Below, piece by piece: positions 24,280 through 35,160 of a stretch of 64,000 nucleotides of DNA (its first letter is position 1; each line of letters begins with the position of its first letter). Made by a program: the position numbers and the translations under genes. The notes below the pieces were generated by a model. The model searched no databases. It had not been told where the DNA came from and saw nothing but the letters and a program-made list of their open reading frames with translations. The DNA is from Cyanophora paradoxa CCMP329 (lineage: Eukaryota > Plantae > Glaucophyta), in contig QPMI01000106.1 of NCBI GenBank assembly GCA_004431415.1, positions 186,001 to 250,000 of the forward strand, in the 5' to 3' direction.

Positions 24280-27200
24280 CTACAGCTGGATGGTCTTGGC
24301 GTTGGGGGCGTTGTCCCGGTAGGTGGGCGCCGGGCCGTACGACGGCTGGCGAGGGACGTCCTGGTACTCGGGGCGGGCGTAGTGGGGCGCGGCGGCCTCG
24401 TGGGCGCCGACGAAGGCGCGGTACCAGCGGCGGCCGATGTAGCGGTTGATGAGGGCGATGAGCAGCTGCACGCCGAGGACCGCCCACTGGAGGATGACGA
24501 GGCCGATGGCGAGGCGGTCGCGGTTGCCCTCCGTGTTGCGCTGGAGCACGAGGATGAGGACGTACGATAGGAGGTGGCCCAGCGTCGTGAAGAAGTCCAT
24601 GATGTTGAAGGCGGGGTCGCGCCACGGGCGGATGATGGCGATGTAGAGCAGCAGGAAGGCGTGGAACACGATGAACGAGGCGAGCTGCACGTACACCTCC
24701 GACTTGTCCGGGTAGTAGATGAGGAGGCCGATGGTGGCGCCGATGAAGAACTTGCGGGCGAGGTCGAAGACGCCGTAGAGGAACGAGAGCCAGTCGAACT
24801 TGTAGTCCTCGTAGAAGATGCCGAACCAGTCGCGGAAGGTCGAGGGCTTGATGAACGAGGCGATGGGGCCGTCCGAGAAGTACTCGGCGCCGACCCAGTC
24901 GCCGACGACGCGCTGGCCGGTGAGCACCGCCGCGATGTTCGAGGGGCGGAAGGCGTGCCAGCAGGCGCGGGCCTGCTTCTGGACGAAGCCGCCCTCGGCG
25001 CGGTAGGGCTTGGCGCGCTTCAGGAAGACGACGAGCTTGTTGATGCGGAGGTACCAGAAGACCAGCAGGGCCACGATGACCATCGGCAGGAACGCGACGA
25101 AGAACTGCGAGCGAAGTCAGCGAGGCCCCCGGGGGTACGGAGTACGCGTGCGGGGGCACGGGGTGCGCACGAGCATGAAGGCCGAGGCCCAGCGCCACTC
25201 GTTCTCGCCCTGGCGGGTGACGGTGGCGAGCGAGACGACGAAGCCGCCGTAGATCCAGACGAGGGTCGCCATCAGGGGCCGGGGCCAGCGGATGGTCGGC
25301 TGCAGCTTGTGGTCGCGGGTGGCGACGCCGCGGTAGACGAAGTAGAGGATGCCCTGGACGATGAGGACGAAGGCGATGGTGAGCATGCCGTAGAAGAGGT
25401 TGCTCTGCACCAGCGTCGACGCCATCGAGTAGGCGCGGAAGTCGCCCACGTAGGTCATCAGGCTCAGGAGGTTGCGCGTGCGGCCGGGGACCGTGAGGTC
25501 GTAGCGAGTCGGGCGCAGCGGGCCGCCCTGGTTGCCCTTGCTGTAGTACCACGGGAGGGGGAAGTGGCCAAGGGCCCAGCCGTTGGCGCGGGTGAACGAG
25601 GCGTAGCTCGCGGGGTAGTGGGGCGCGGCGAGGCCGGTGACCGGGACGTGCTGCAGGTGGTTGGCGAACTGCAGGATGTGGCCGCCGGGGCGGAGCGACG
25701 AGGTCGGGAAGACGGCGGGGCCGCCCGACAGGTCGATCGCGCCGATGGTGCCGGGCTCGAGGATCGACGCGCCGTACTTGTGAGCCTCGCGGTAGCCGAC
25801 TGCGAAGGGCGTGCGCGTGAGCCAGAGAAGCAGCGCGGGCGAACAGGGCGCGGCGCACGGAAGTTGTCGAGCAGGGAGATGCCGATGAAGCCGGCCATGG
25901 TGGCGCCGAAGGCGTAGCCGGTGCGCTCGTACACGGGGTCCACGAGGTAGTCGCAGAAGTCCTGGTAGCCGCCGCCGGGGCAGGGCGAGAGGACCGAGTA
26001 GGTGTAAGTCAGGAGCTTCATGCCACCGGGGGTGCCCGGGGTGGTGGTCGCGCCGTCCGCGACGATCACGAAGGCGGTCAGCTTGTACTGGTCGAAGGCG
26101 ATGGTCGTGTCGACCGCGCGGCTCTTGACGATGGTCGAGCCCCACGGGTACTCGCCGTTGAGCGGGTTCGAGTTGAGGTTGGCCAGGGTCGAGATGGAGG
26201 AGGGGACGGGCATGTTGGTCGTCTCGCTGACCTGGTTGGTCACGACGTCGCCGACGGTCATGTCGGTCGAGGTGAACTGGCGCTGCAGCTGCGAGTTGGT
26301 CATGAACGGCGTGCCGGCGCCGTCGACGAAGCCGAGGCCGCGGGCCGCCGAGGCAATGACTGCCGAGCCCGTGGCCGAGGCGGTGTGGCGGTACGCGTAC
26401 ACGGCGTCCGAGGTGTAGGGCAGGCCGAAGAACACCGGGAAGGGCGAGAAGGACGAGGCGTAGGAGTTGCCGATAGTCGCCGGGGTCGCCGCCTGCACGC
26501 CCTCCATCGCGAGCGTCTCCGCGTCGAGCTTCAGGATCGCCGACGGGACCGAGGCCGCCGCCGTGCGAGTCGCGTCGTAGACCAGAGCCAGGGGGAACCT
26601 GCGGCGGGGCGGGGCGAGGCGCGTCGGACGCCGTGGCGGCGGAAGAAGCGGCGGGGGCGGGGGGCGGGCGGGCGCGGCGGCGGCGCACCAGGCGTAGACC
26701 TTGGCGCGCTCGGTGATGCTGCCGGACGGGTTGTTGGTCACCTTCTCAGTGAACGCCAGGTAGACTGCGGCGCCGCTTCAGGAAAAGAAGGGAAAGGAGC
26801 CGTGCCCCCGGCCGCGCAGGCGGGCGCACTGTACGGGGCCTGCGAGATGAAGGGCGGGTCGCCCGAGACGGGGGCGGCCTTGGTGGTGGTCAGCTTCTGG
26901 CTGCCGGTGAGGGCGAACGACTTGACGTCGAACTTGAGGAGGCGGGCGGTCGAGGGCGACGCGTTGGTGATGCCGGTGAAGGTGGCGCCGCGCACGATGG
27001 TGTAGGTCGCCGAGGCGTCGTTGGCGGGGACGACCTGGGTGGCCAGGAAGACCGAGGAGCCGTCGTCGGTGAGGACGGCGTGCGGCGAGAGGCGCGTCGA
27101 CGGCATCGTGACGAACGCCGCGTTGTTGGCCGTGGTCATCGACGCCGTGCTGTCGGCGTTGCTCGGAATGAGCGACGGGTAGTGGTCCCACACGTGCTGG

Positions 27201-28424
27201 ATCTTGGTAATCGAGAGCGTCCGTAGGTCCACCATGGTGACGGCGTCCGTGGTCTGGGTCGTGCCGACCGGCAGGGAAGTCTTGATCGCTGCCCGGGCAC
27301 GTCAGCTCTGGCGCCAACGAAAGAGAGAGCAAAGCAGGGGGGCGGGCGGACCCTGGGGGACGGCGGCGCCCTGGGCGACGGCGGCGCCCGCGGTGGTGCC
27401 GTAGATGACGGCATCGCGGGTCGTGATGATCGCCGAGCAGGTGCCATCGGGGCTCGGGATGTAGAAGAGCGGGTTGCCCGCGGCGAGGGTGCCGGCGGTC
27501 GGGAAGCCGGTCAGGGCCTGCGCCTTGGGGGTCGCGCCGAAGTTGATCTGGTTGCGGCCGCTGCTGTTCTGGAAGTAGCCGAGGGTGCCGTTGGTCTTCT
27601 GGACTTCGGTCGGGTACAGGCGGATGAAGCCGTCGGTCACGCCGGTGTAGCCGACAACGATGTAGTTGGCGTAGCCGCCAAGACCCGCGCAAGCCGCCGG
27701 AGCTGCGCGAACAACTTCACTTTGCGATTCTCAAGAGACTGGGCGCATAAACGAACCCGCTTGGATGAACTGGATGACGGCGCCAGCGGGGGCCCCGGCG
27801 AGGAGGTTGTACGAGTACTCGGCCTGGATGCGGAGCTTGCCGGGCTCGTTGCCGGAAGCGGTCGGCATGCGGAACCGGCGGAGAGTCCGCTCGGCGCCGC
27901 CCACGCCGATGTCGACCTGCGAATCAAGTTAGGGGCGATTCAGCGAACACGGCGGGCACGGACTCACGAAGTAGCCGTAGTCACCGGTGGCGGTGAAAAG
28001 CTGAGCGCGATCCGCGCCGAGCGGGTCGTACGCGGTGCCCGCGGGGGCCAGGCCGGTGGCCTGAAGGGCGCGGTTCGACGGGAACTGGGTCGGAGCGTTC
28101 TGCTCGTAGATTGCCATCTTAGAAAGTTCGACTGCGAAACAACTCGTCTTAGCGAGAAAACGGAGGATCGGGCAAGATCGGGGCCCTCCGGACCATTGTA
28201 CTGAAGACCTGCGGAAGTCGGCGTTAGCGATCCGCGAGAGAGAGGGGACCGTTACGTGACGCACCAACGTTGCCGGCCGCAGAGATGCACTGGAGGCAGG
28301 CGAAAGCCAGCGCCAGGCACAGAGCAACCGAAACCTGAGGATCGACATCACGGTTAGGGTGAAGGGCACGAAATGGCGGGGCCGCTGGCGTTATTTCGCT
28401 CTCGAAGCGGATTAGAAGAGCCAT
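24280..28424 (-). CDS. Large membrane protein: signal peptide, long Ser/Thr-rich ectodomain, C-terminal multi-pass TRP_C/FLC(Pkd2)-like domain
   Basis: Signal-like VALCLALAFACLQCISA. C-terminal FGIFYEDYKFDW..LYGVFDLARKFFIG...QL...LLYIAIIRPWRD..FN pattern. Long codon-biased exons; start uncertain. Confidence 0.75.
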
Positions 28425-29199
28425 TGGAAGGGCCCGAGTAAGGCTGCGCTGGACAATTTGGGCAGATAGATGGCGCGAAGGGCCTGCGATACTGCAACCG
28501 AAACCGGGAAGGAGGCCCCGACGGCGGTTGTTCGCGACGGCAGTTCCATTTAAGATCCCCGTCCGACTATCGGGCCAAGTTTCGTGGGCGCCAGGCGGCT
28601 GGCTAGGGGGAGGAGCGATTGGGTGGCTGGGAGCCCACGCTATCTTCAGCTTACCCGCCGCATGGTCTCGGTGCTTAAACGACGCCGATGCCGCCGCTGT
28701 TTATTTGCTGCTCTCGGACGAGCTCCTCCTTTTTGATGGCCCTGTGGCTGTACCCCTGCCACCGTGACTAAGTGTACCAAGCACTAAAGCTGACTGAGCA
28801 GTGCCAAGCACTGCGAACTTCGTGCTAAGCAGAAGCAGCGAATGACCTTTATAGCTACAGTTCTCAAGTCGGCTGCGGCAGATGGCGCGCGGGCACTGGC
28901 CAGTGGGATAGCCTCAGCTCACGCCCGCGGCGCTGCCTGTCGCTGCTAGGCCGGCACCGATCGATATCTGCGGCCGTGCGCGAGCATGGGCTAAATTAAA
29001 CTTGAATCTGGCGCTAGAGCTAGCGCTGCGGATGCGATACATTTGAACTCCTCGGCCCAGTGGCTGGGAACGAGTTGCGATTGGCAACGCAAAGAGCAAA
29101 CGGAAATCGAATAAAAGGGGAAGGGCTTCGATATTCTGAACGACTCGGCAACGGGCGAGCGGCCCGGCGGCGAGCGGCGCGCCAGTGGCCTCGGCGTTC

Positions 29200-30869
29200 T
29201 TAGACGATGACCTGCCAGTCGAATTCAACGATTCGGAGGGAGCGGCTGGACGGCCTCGCCCGGCCCGCGCCGCGGCGGGCCGGGCCCGGGCTGGGCGGCT
29301 GGGTACCTGGAACACCATCTGGAGGAACTGCTCGTACCCCAGCGTCGCCTGGCCGCGGCCCTGCGTGTCCGCCCTGCGCCGCAGCGGAGTACGAGTCTCA
29401 GAGCTCGAGCCTGGGGCGGCCGTGGTGCTAGAGCTCGGGAGGGCGCCGGGCCGGGCCGGCGCCGGTCAAGTTATAAGCCATAAAATAGGCATGCACATGT
29501 ACTTTTAAGTCCCCATGAGAGGCATAATAGAAGCTATTAACATTTGCATTCTTTAAAGTTCTAGGGCCGGCGCACGCGCGGAACGAGTTGGTCAGCATCC
29601 GTAGCTGCACGCAGAGCTGAATGAAGCGGTCGAAGGGGATGTGGCCTTCTCAGGAGGTCAGTCAGAGTGGTTAGTCGGGCGCTGCCCCGCGGGGGGCACG
29701 GACCCGCCGCACCGCTCTTGTACTTCTGCGCGCCCGACCGCGGGTCAATCATGGAAAAAGACGCCCCCCGAAGGTGTTCAGGGGTACATACCTTCATAAG
29801 GGTACCGACGAACTGGGGGCTGAGGTTGTACCCGAAGGACTTCAGCGCCGTCTGCAGCTCGTTCGAGTCTGCGGGGGTATTAGAGCTCGAAGACGGGTAC
29901 AGGGTGCGGAAGAAGCGGCACCGATGGAGCCCGAGCGATCACGGTCGTAGCTGTCGAAAGTGCCTGCGGGGAGCGGAGTCCGGGCCGGGGCGTCGGGGGC
30001 GGCAGGCGCGAAAAGGCAAGGACCGCTGCCGATCGCAGGCGCCGCACCCTTCCACTGCATCACGTACTGCCACAGGGAGCAGAAGCTCGGAAAGTCGATC
30101 TGGCCGCTCCCGTCCCTGCGCCCGCGCGCGTCAGAGCAGAGTGGCGAACTCGGAAGCTGGGCGCGGGCGGCGGCCCGGGGGGTGACTCGCTTGTCGAAGA
30201 GGTTGATCTGAGCAGGGGGCGCGGGTGCGGCCTGAGCGGGGGCGCAGCGCGCGCAAGGAGCGGCGCGCCGCGGCGCACCATCAGGTGGACAGTGACGGGG
30301 CTGAAGGCGGACCAAGGGCCTGTGGAGCGGGTCACGGAAGCGCGAAGCAGATGCGTGTAGCAGAGACGCCAATGGAAGCAGCGCCGCACCGTTCCGGATG
30401 GCGGTTGCGAGCTCGTTCGCGTCGATGTGCCCGGACTTGTTCGCGTCCACCGCTGAGAAGAACTGCTGGAGCTGCGCCGTCTGCGGGTCCGCATTGGGCG
30501 GCGGCGGCGCGGACGGCGCGTAGCCGCCCTGCGCTTGCTGCTGCTGAGCGTAGAAGCCGCCCGACTGCTGCATCTGCTGGTAGCCTTGCTGCGGGGGTGC
30601 GCCGTATGCGCCCTGCTGAGGGGGAGCTCCGTATGCGCCCTGCTGAGGGGGAGCTCCGTAAGCCTGCCGAGGATTCAGGCGACGGGATGGAATGACTGAA
30701 GAAATGGACAGACCGGTTGTTGGGGGGCGTAGCCTTGGGGCGCATAGCCCTGCGGCGTTGTTCGCTTCACAACGGCGCAAACGGGTGGCCTGGAGCGCGG
30801 CGGCCGCGGGCGGACCTGAGGGGGCTGCCCGTAAGGCTGCTGTCCATACGGCTGCTGTCCAGGATACAT
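29200..30869 (-). CDS. Penta-EF-hand protein (peflin/ALG-2 family)
   Basis: Gly/Pro/Gln/Tyr-rich N-terminus. EF hands DANKSGHIDANEL, DKDGSGQIDFPSF and DRDRSGSIDSNEL, then FDRFIQLCVQLRMLTNSFR and YEQFLQMVF. Confidence 0.93.
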
Positions 30870-31232
30870 TTTGGCACGAGAGTAGCGGAGGCCGAGCTCT
30901 GCACCACGGCGGAATCAGATGAGACGGGTCCGGAGAGGCAGATCCTAGTCGAGGACGACGACGCCCCGGCGACGCACGTTTCTAGTCGAGGATGACGGCG
31001 CGCCGGCGGAAGCGGGGAGAAGTGGGCGGCTTCGACGTGGGCGCGAACGCTGACGACGGCGGCGTCAGCGACACGAGGCATTCCGGGATGGGCGCGCCTC
31101 CGCGCTCACCACAAGAAGCGGGATTCGCCGGGAGAAGCGGGTTTACGCGCCGAGGGTAAACGAGCCCTGTACCCGGCCCGGCCAGTTCGCGGGGTGTCGT
31201 GATCCTAGTCGGCCGAAGAGGCCAGTGCCAAA

Positions 31233-34016
31233 ATGGGCCGCACTACGTTCGTTCACAACACATCCGTGCGTCATCACGCCTCCCCGGCCCCCCCTGCCGC
31301 GCGCGCGAGACTTTGTCACGGCCGCGCGCGGCACGCGGCAGCGGGAACGACTGGCGCAGCTAGAACGGCCCAAGCAATCCGGGCACAACGCGAGTGCTAG
31401 CGGCCCTGCGTCGGCTAACCGTTGGCGCTCGCCCCCGCGCAGGACAAGCCGGTTGAGATCAAGAAGTCGGCGGAGGATGTCCTCAAGCTGCTTATGCGTG
31501 TTGAGGAGATCGCCAAGTGCTACCCGGACTGCGAGACCATCGAGAAGACCGGCAACGATGAGTTCTGCTGGACCATGACTGAGAAGCAGGTCTCCACGAT
31601 CAAGATGCGCCTTGTGCACAAGTGCGCTCGTTTTCGCGCGGACATTTAAGCTCGAGACAGGCCGATTGACGCGGCGGCGCTGCCGCGCGGCTCGCCTGCG
31701 GCCCCGCAGGTGCAAGTACTCGCGGTCCGGCAACTCCATCGAGTGGGGCCCCTCGAGCGAGGACCAGCAGCACATTTCGACCGGCAAGTTCACCGTGGCT
31801 GACGCCGGCGACGGCAAGTGCAAGCTCACTGTCGAGTGCAAGCTCGACACCGAGATCCCCATCCCCAGCATGCTCGTGCGGCCCTCCCCGCTCCCCGGCC
31901 TTCCCTTCCTTCAAGCAAGCCGACGCCCGACGCGTGGCGCGCAGATGGGCTTCGCGCGCAAGCTTGGTGAGCGCGAGATGAAGAAGACCTGGAACGCCTA
32001 CGTCGAGGCGATCAAGAAGGCGCGTCCCGCCTCCTTCCGCCAGCCCGCCCGCCCGCAACGCGCCTCGAATGAACCGCGTCGCTCACATATGAAACGCAGG
32101 GCGCCGAGGAGGGCAAGTTCCAGAAGGGCGAGCTCGACTACACCGACCCGCTCGGCGACGTGAGCCGCGTCACTCGCACGCGATTCAGAGGGATAGAGTC
32201 CTCATCGGTTCAAAAAGAAAGAAATCTGAAGCTGGGCGGCGGCGCGCAGATCCTGGAGCAGCGCAACGACCCGAGCGCCCGCGAGAAGAACTACCTCGAC
32301 GTGGTCCGTCCGCCCCGCTCCTCTTCTCCTCGCTCTCGCCCCAAAATTTTGCCTCCCTTCGTTTTCCTGATGCGACCGCCTCTTTACCAGGTGCGGGCGT
32401 ACTACGACGCGGTCACCGACCTGTACCAGACCGGCTGGGGCAGCCACTTCCACTTCGGCGTTCGCCCCGCCCAGCTCGCCCAGCTCTGCCGCGGAGAAGA
32501 AGGCGCGGTGCCGACGCCGCGCCCGTTCGTTCGTTCCTCCCGCGCAGGTCTTCTACGACGAGAAGGAGTCGGCCGAGGTGGCGATCAAGCGCCTCGAGAC
32601 GATGGTCATCAAGGCCGGCAACATCAACGAGAAGTGCTTCGTCCTCGGTACGCTCTGTTGTTCTATTCTTTTCTAGTGGGACTGCTCTGATCAAGTGGGA
32701 CTGTAGATGTCGGCTGCGGCGTCGGCGGCCCGACCTGCAACATTGCGCTCAACACCGGCTGCAAGATCATCGGCCTGAACATCAACCAGAAGCAGGCGCG
32801 CCCGGCTTCCTCCCCTCCTCCTCTTCCTCCTCTTCCTCGCGTCTCACGCCGGCCCGCCCGCGCAGATCGAGCGCGGCCGCGAGCGCGCCAAGGAGCTCTG
32901 CGTGGACCACCTCGTCTCGTTCGGTCCGCCTCGCCCGCCCCGCCTCGCCTCTCTCTCCCGCCTCACGCCCGCCCGCGTAGACAACGCCGACGCGATGAAG
33001 ATGCCCTACGCGGACGCCACCTTTGACGTCATCACCTTCTTCGAATCCGTCTGCCACATGCCCGACAAGAAGGCGAGTTTCGCCGAAACTTCACCGTTGT
33101 TTCCTCTTCTTCTTCTTCTTTCCGGGGCTGAGACGGGACGCGATTCTCGGCGTAGGCGTTCTTCCGGGAATGCTTCCGCGTGCTCAAGCCCGGCGGCCGC
33201 ATCTCGGGGACGGACTGGATGCAGTGCGACAACCCGGACGAGGAGGAGGTGCGGCGCTACGTCGAGCCCATCTGCTCGGCGCACGCCGTGCCCCACATGG
33301 GCTCCGTCCTCTCCTACGCCACCGATCTCGCCGTGCGTTTCCTTCCCTCTCCATTCATCTCCTCTCCTTTCCCTTCGTTTTCTTAAAGAGGGGTACGCTC
33401 TTAGGAGGCCGGCTTCATGGTCTCGACGGCGATCGACCTCCGCGCCGAGGGGGACATCCTCCGCAACTGGGAGATGCTCGACGAGGCGATGATCAAGTCG
33501 TACAAGGAGGTGCTTCTTGCTTTGCTTTTTGCTGTACCCGGCCCTCGCTTCTTCCCCCTTCTGACGCGCTTCGTTCGCAGCGGCCGAAGGAGCTGTACGA
33601 CAAGAACAGCGACCCGCTTATGGACATGCTTCTGACGGGCGGCGTGGGCCTCTCGGAGGGCGCCAAGGCCGGCGTCTTCATCCTCGGGCGCTTCCTCGCG
33701 CACAAGCCGACCTCGGAGCGCCGCTGGGACCCGCCGGCGAGCTACGGCCGCTTCCCGGACGCCGGCCTCGGCATCAAGGAGGTACCCCTCCCCGGCAAGG
33801 TCCGCCCTTTCTTTCTGTACCCGTTCTTTCTTTCGTTCCTTTGTTGATTCCGCGTAGTCGACGGTCGCCGTGGACTCGGTCCTTAAGGACCGCGCCGTCC
33901 AGCGGATCTCCGACGTCGCGGCGCCCAACGCCAAGTCCGATTCGGAGGGCGAGCCCACCTCGAAGAAGCGCAAGGCCGCCGCCGGCGCCTCCCCCGCCAA
34001 GCAGGCCAAGAAGTAG
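31233..34016 (+). CDS. SRPBCC/CoxG-like domain fused to a sterol C24-methyltransferase-like domain
   Basis: One continuous spliced frame. SMT motifs YYDAVTDLYQTGWGSHFHF, VLDVGCGVGGP, IIGLNIN, ADAMKMPYADATFD, ESVCHMPD and FRVLKPGG. The N-terminal ~150 aa have an SRPBCC-like pattern. Confidence 0.88.
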
Positions 34017-34199
34017 GCGGCGCGTCCGCGCACGCGTACCCCCGCCCGGGCCCCCGCGCGGCCCTATTCCACAGTCCACAGCTCGCTCCTTTTCGCTATT
34101 TGAATTCGATCCCCTGCCGCAACTCGGCTCGGATGGCCCGGGCCTTAGAAGGTCGAGCCTCAGGGTCCTTCGGGGGGCTTGCATCCTCACGTGTGTCGA

Positions 34200-35160
34200 C
34201 GTCTATGCCATGATGCATATGATGTAAGCTGGGCCCGGGGATGTGCATGCATGAGCTGGGCTCAGCCAGCCAGCTGGCCAGCTGGGCCCGGGGATGTGCA
34301 TGAGCTTAGCCGGGGGGATGGAAGCTCAAGCACAGCCTCGCTAGCTCGCCAAATTTCTTAAATCTAGATCTAGAAACCTCCGGCCCCGCCGCGGGCCGCG
34401 GGCCGTATATATGCATGCTTGCCGCTGCTCAGCGGCTCATACTCGAATTCCGAAAAGCTTGAGCTGTGATGATGCAAGCTCAAGCACAGCCCCGCTAGCT
34501 AGCTGGCTAGATCTAGACCGATATCTAGATCAAGAAACCTCGAGCTCCGGCCCCGCGCGCATGCATGCATGCTTGCCGCTGCTCGTGCTCGAAATTCAAA
34601 TGATTCCGAATTCGAATTCGACTCCTGCGAAGCCGGCGGTCGGTCATGATCAAGCTTACTAAGTTAAGATCTAGAGCCCTCGTCGGAAACCAAATTTAAA
34701 TCTAGATATCGTTCGACTCGGCGATCTCAGAGTCTAGCTGGCCCCGCGGCCGTGCCGCAGTGCTGCCAGGCTGCCAGGCTGGCCATGGCCGGGCCGGCGC
34801 CAGATCCGATCTAGAATTCGAAACCCCCGCCCGGCGCCCCGCATGCATGCTTGCAAATTGCCGCCGGGCCGCTGCTCATGTTCGACATTTCGAATTCGAA
34901 TCTTATGATCATGATCATGAAGCCGGCGGTCACCGGGGTCATGATCAAGCTTACTAAGTTAAGAGCCCTCGTCGACGTCGTGCATCCTCGGGGCCTCACG
35001 CATGTCCATGGTGCAACCTCATGTACCTCCGGGTACAGCCCAGCTGGCCAGATCTAGAAACCCCCGGCGCGGCCCCGCATGCTTGCCGCTGCTCATTTCG
35101 AATTCTTATGATCATGATCATGAAGACAGCGGCCATGATCAAGCTTAAGAGCCCTCGTCG
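34200..35160. repeat. Four degenerate tandem copies of the kinesin stop/3'UTR segment
   Basis: GAAACC...CCCCGC..GCATGCTTG..CCGCTGCTC..CGAATTC..(ATGATCAAGCTT..AAGAGCCCTCGTCG) at ~34370, 34530, 34820 and 35055. Confidence 0.8.

Noticed and set aside
24152-25917. 568-aa and 447-aa ORFs overlapping the membrane-protein gene
   Set aside because: They are alternative-frame and antisense shadows caused by strong GC3 bias.
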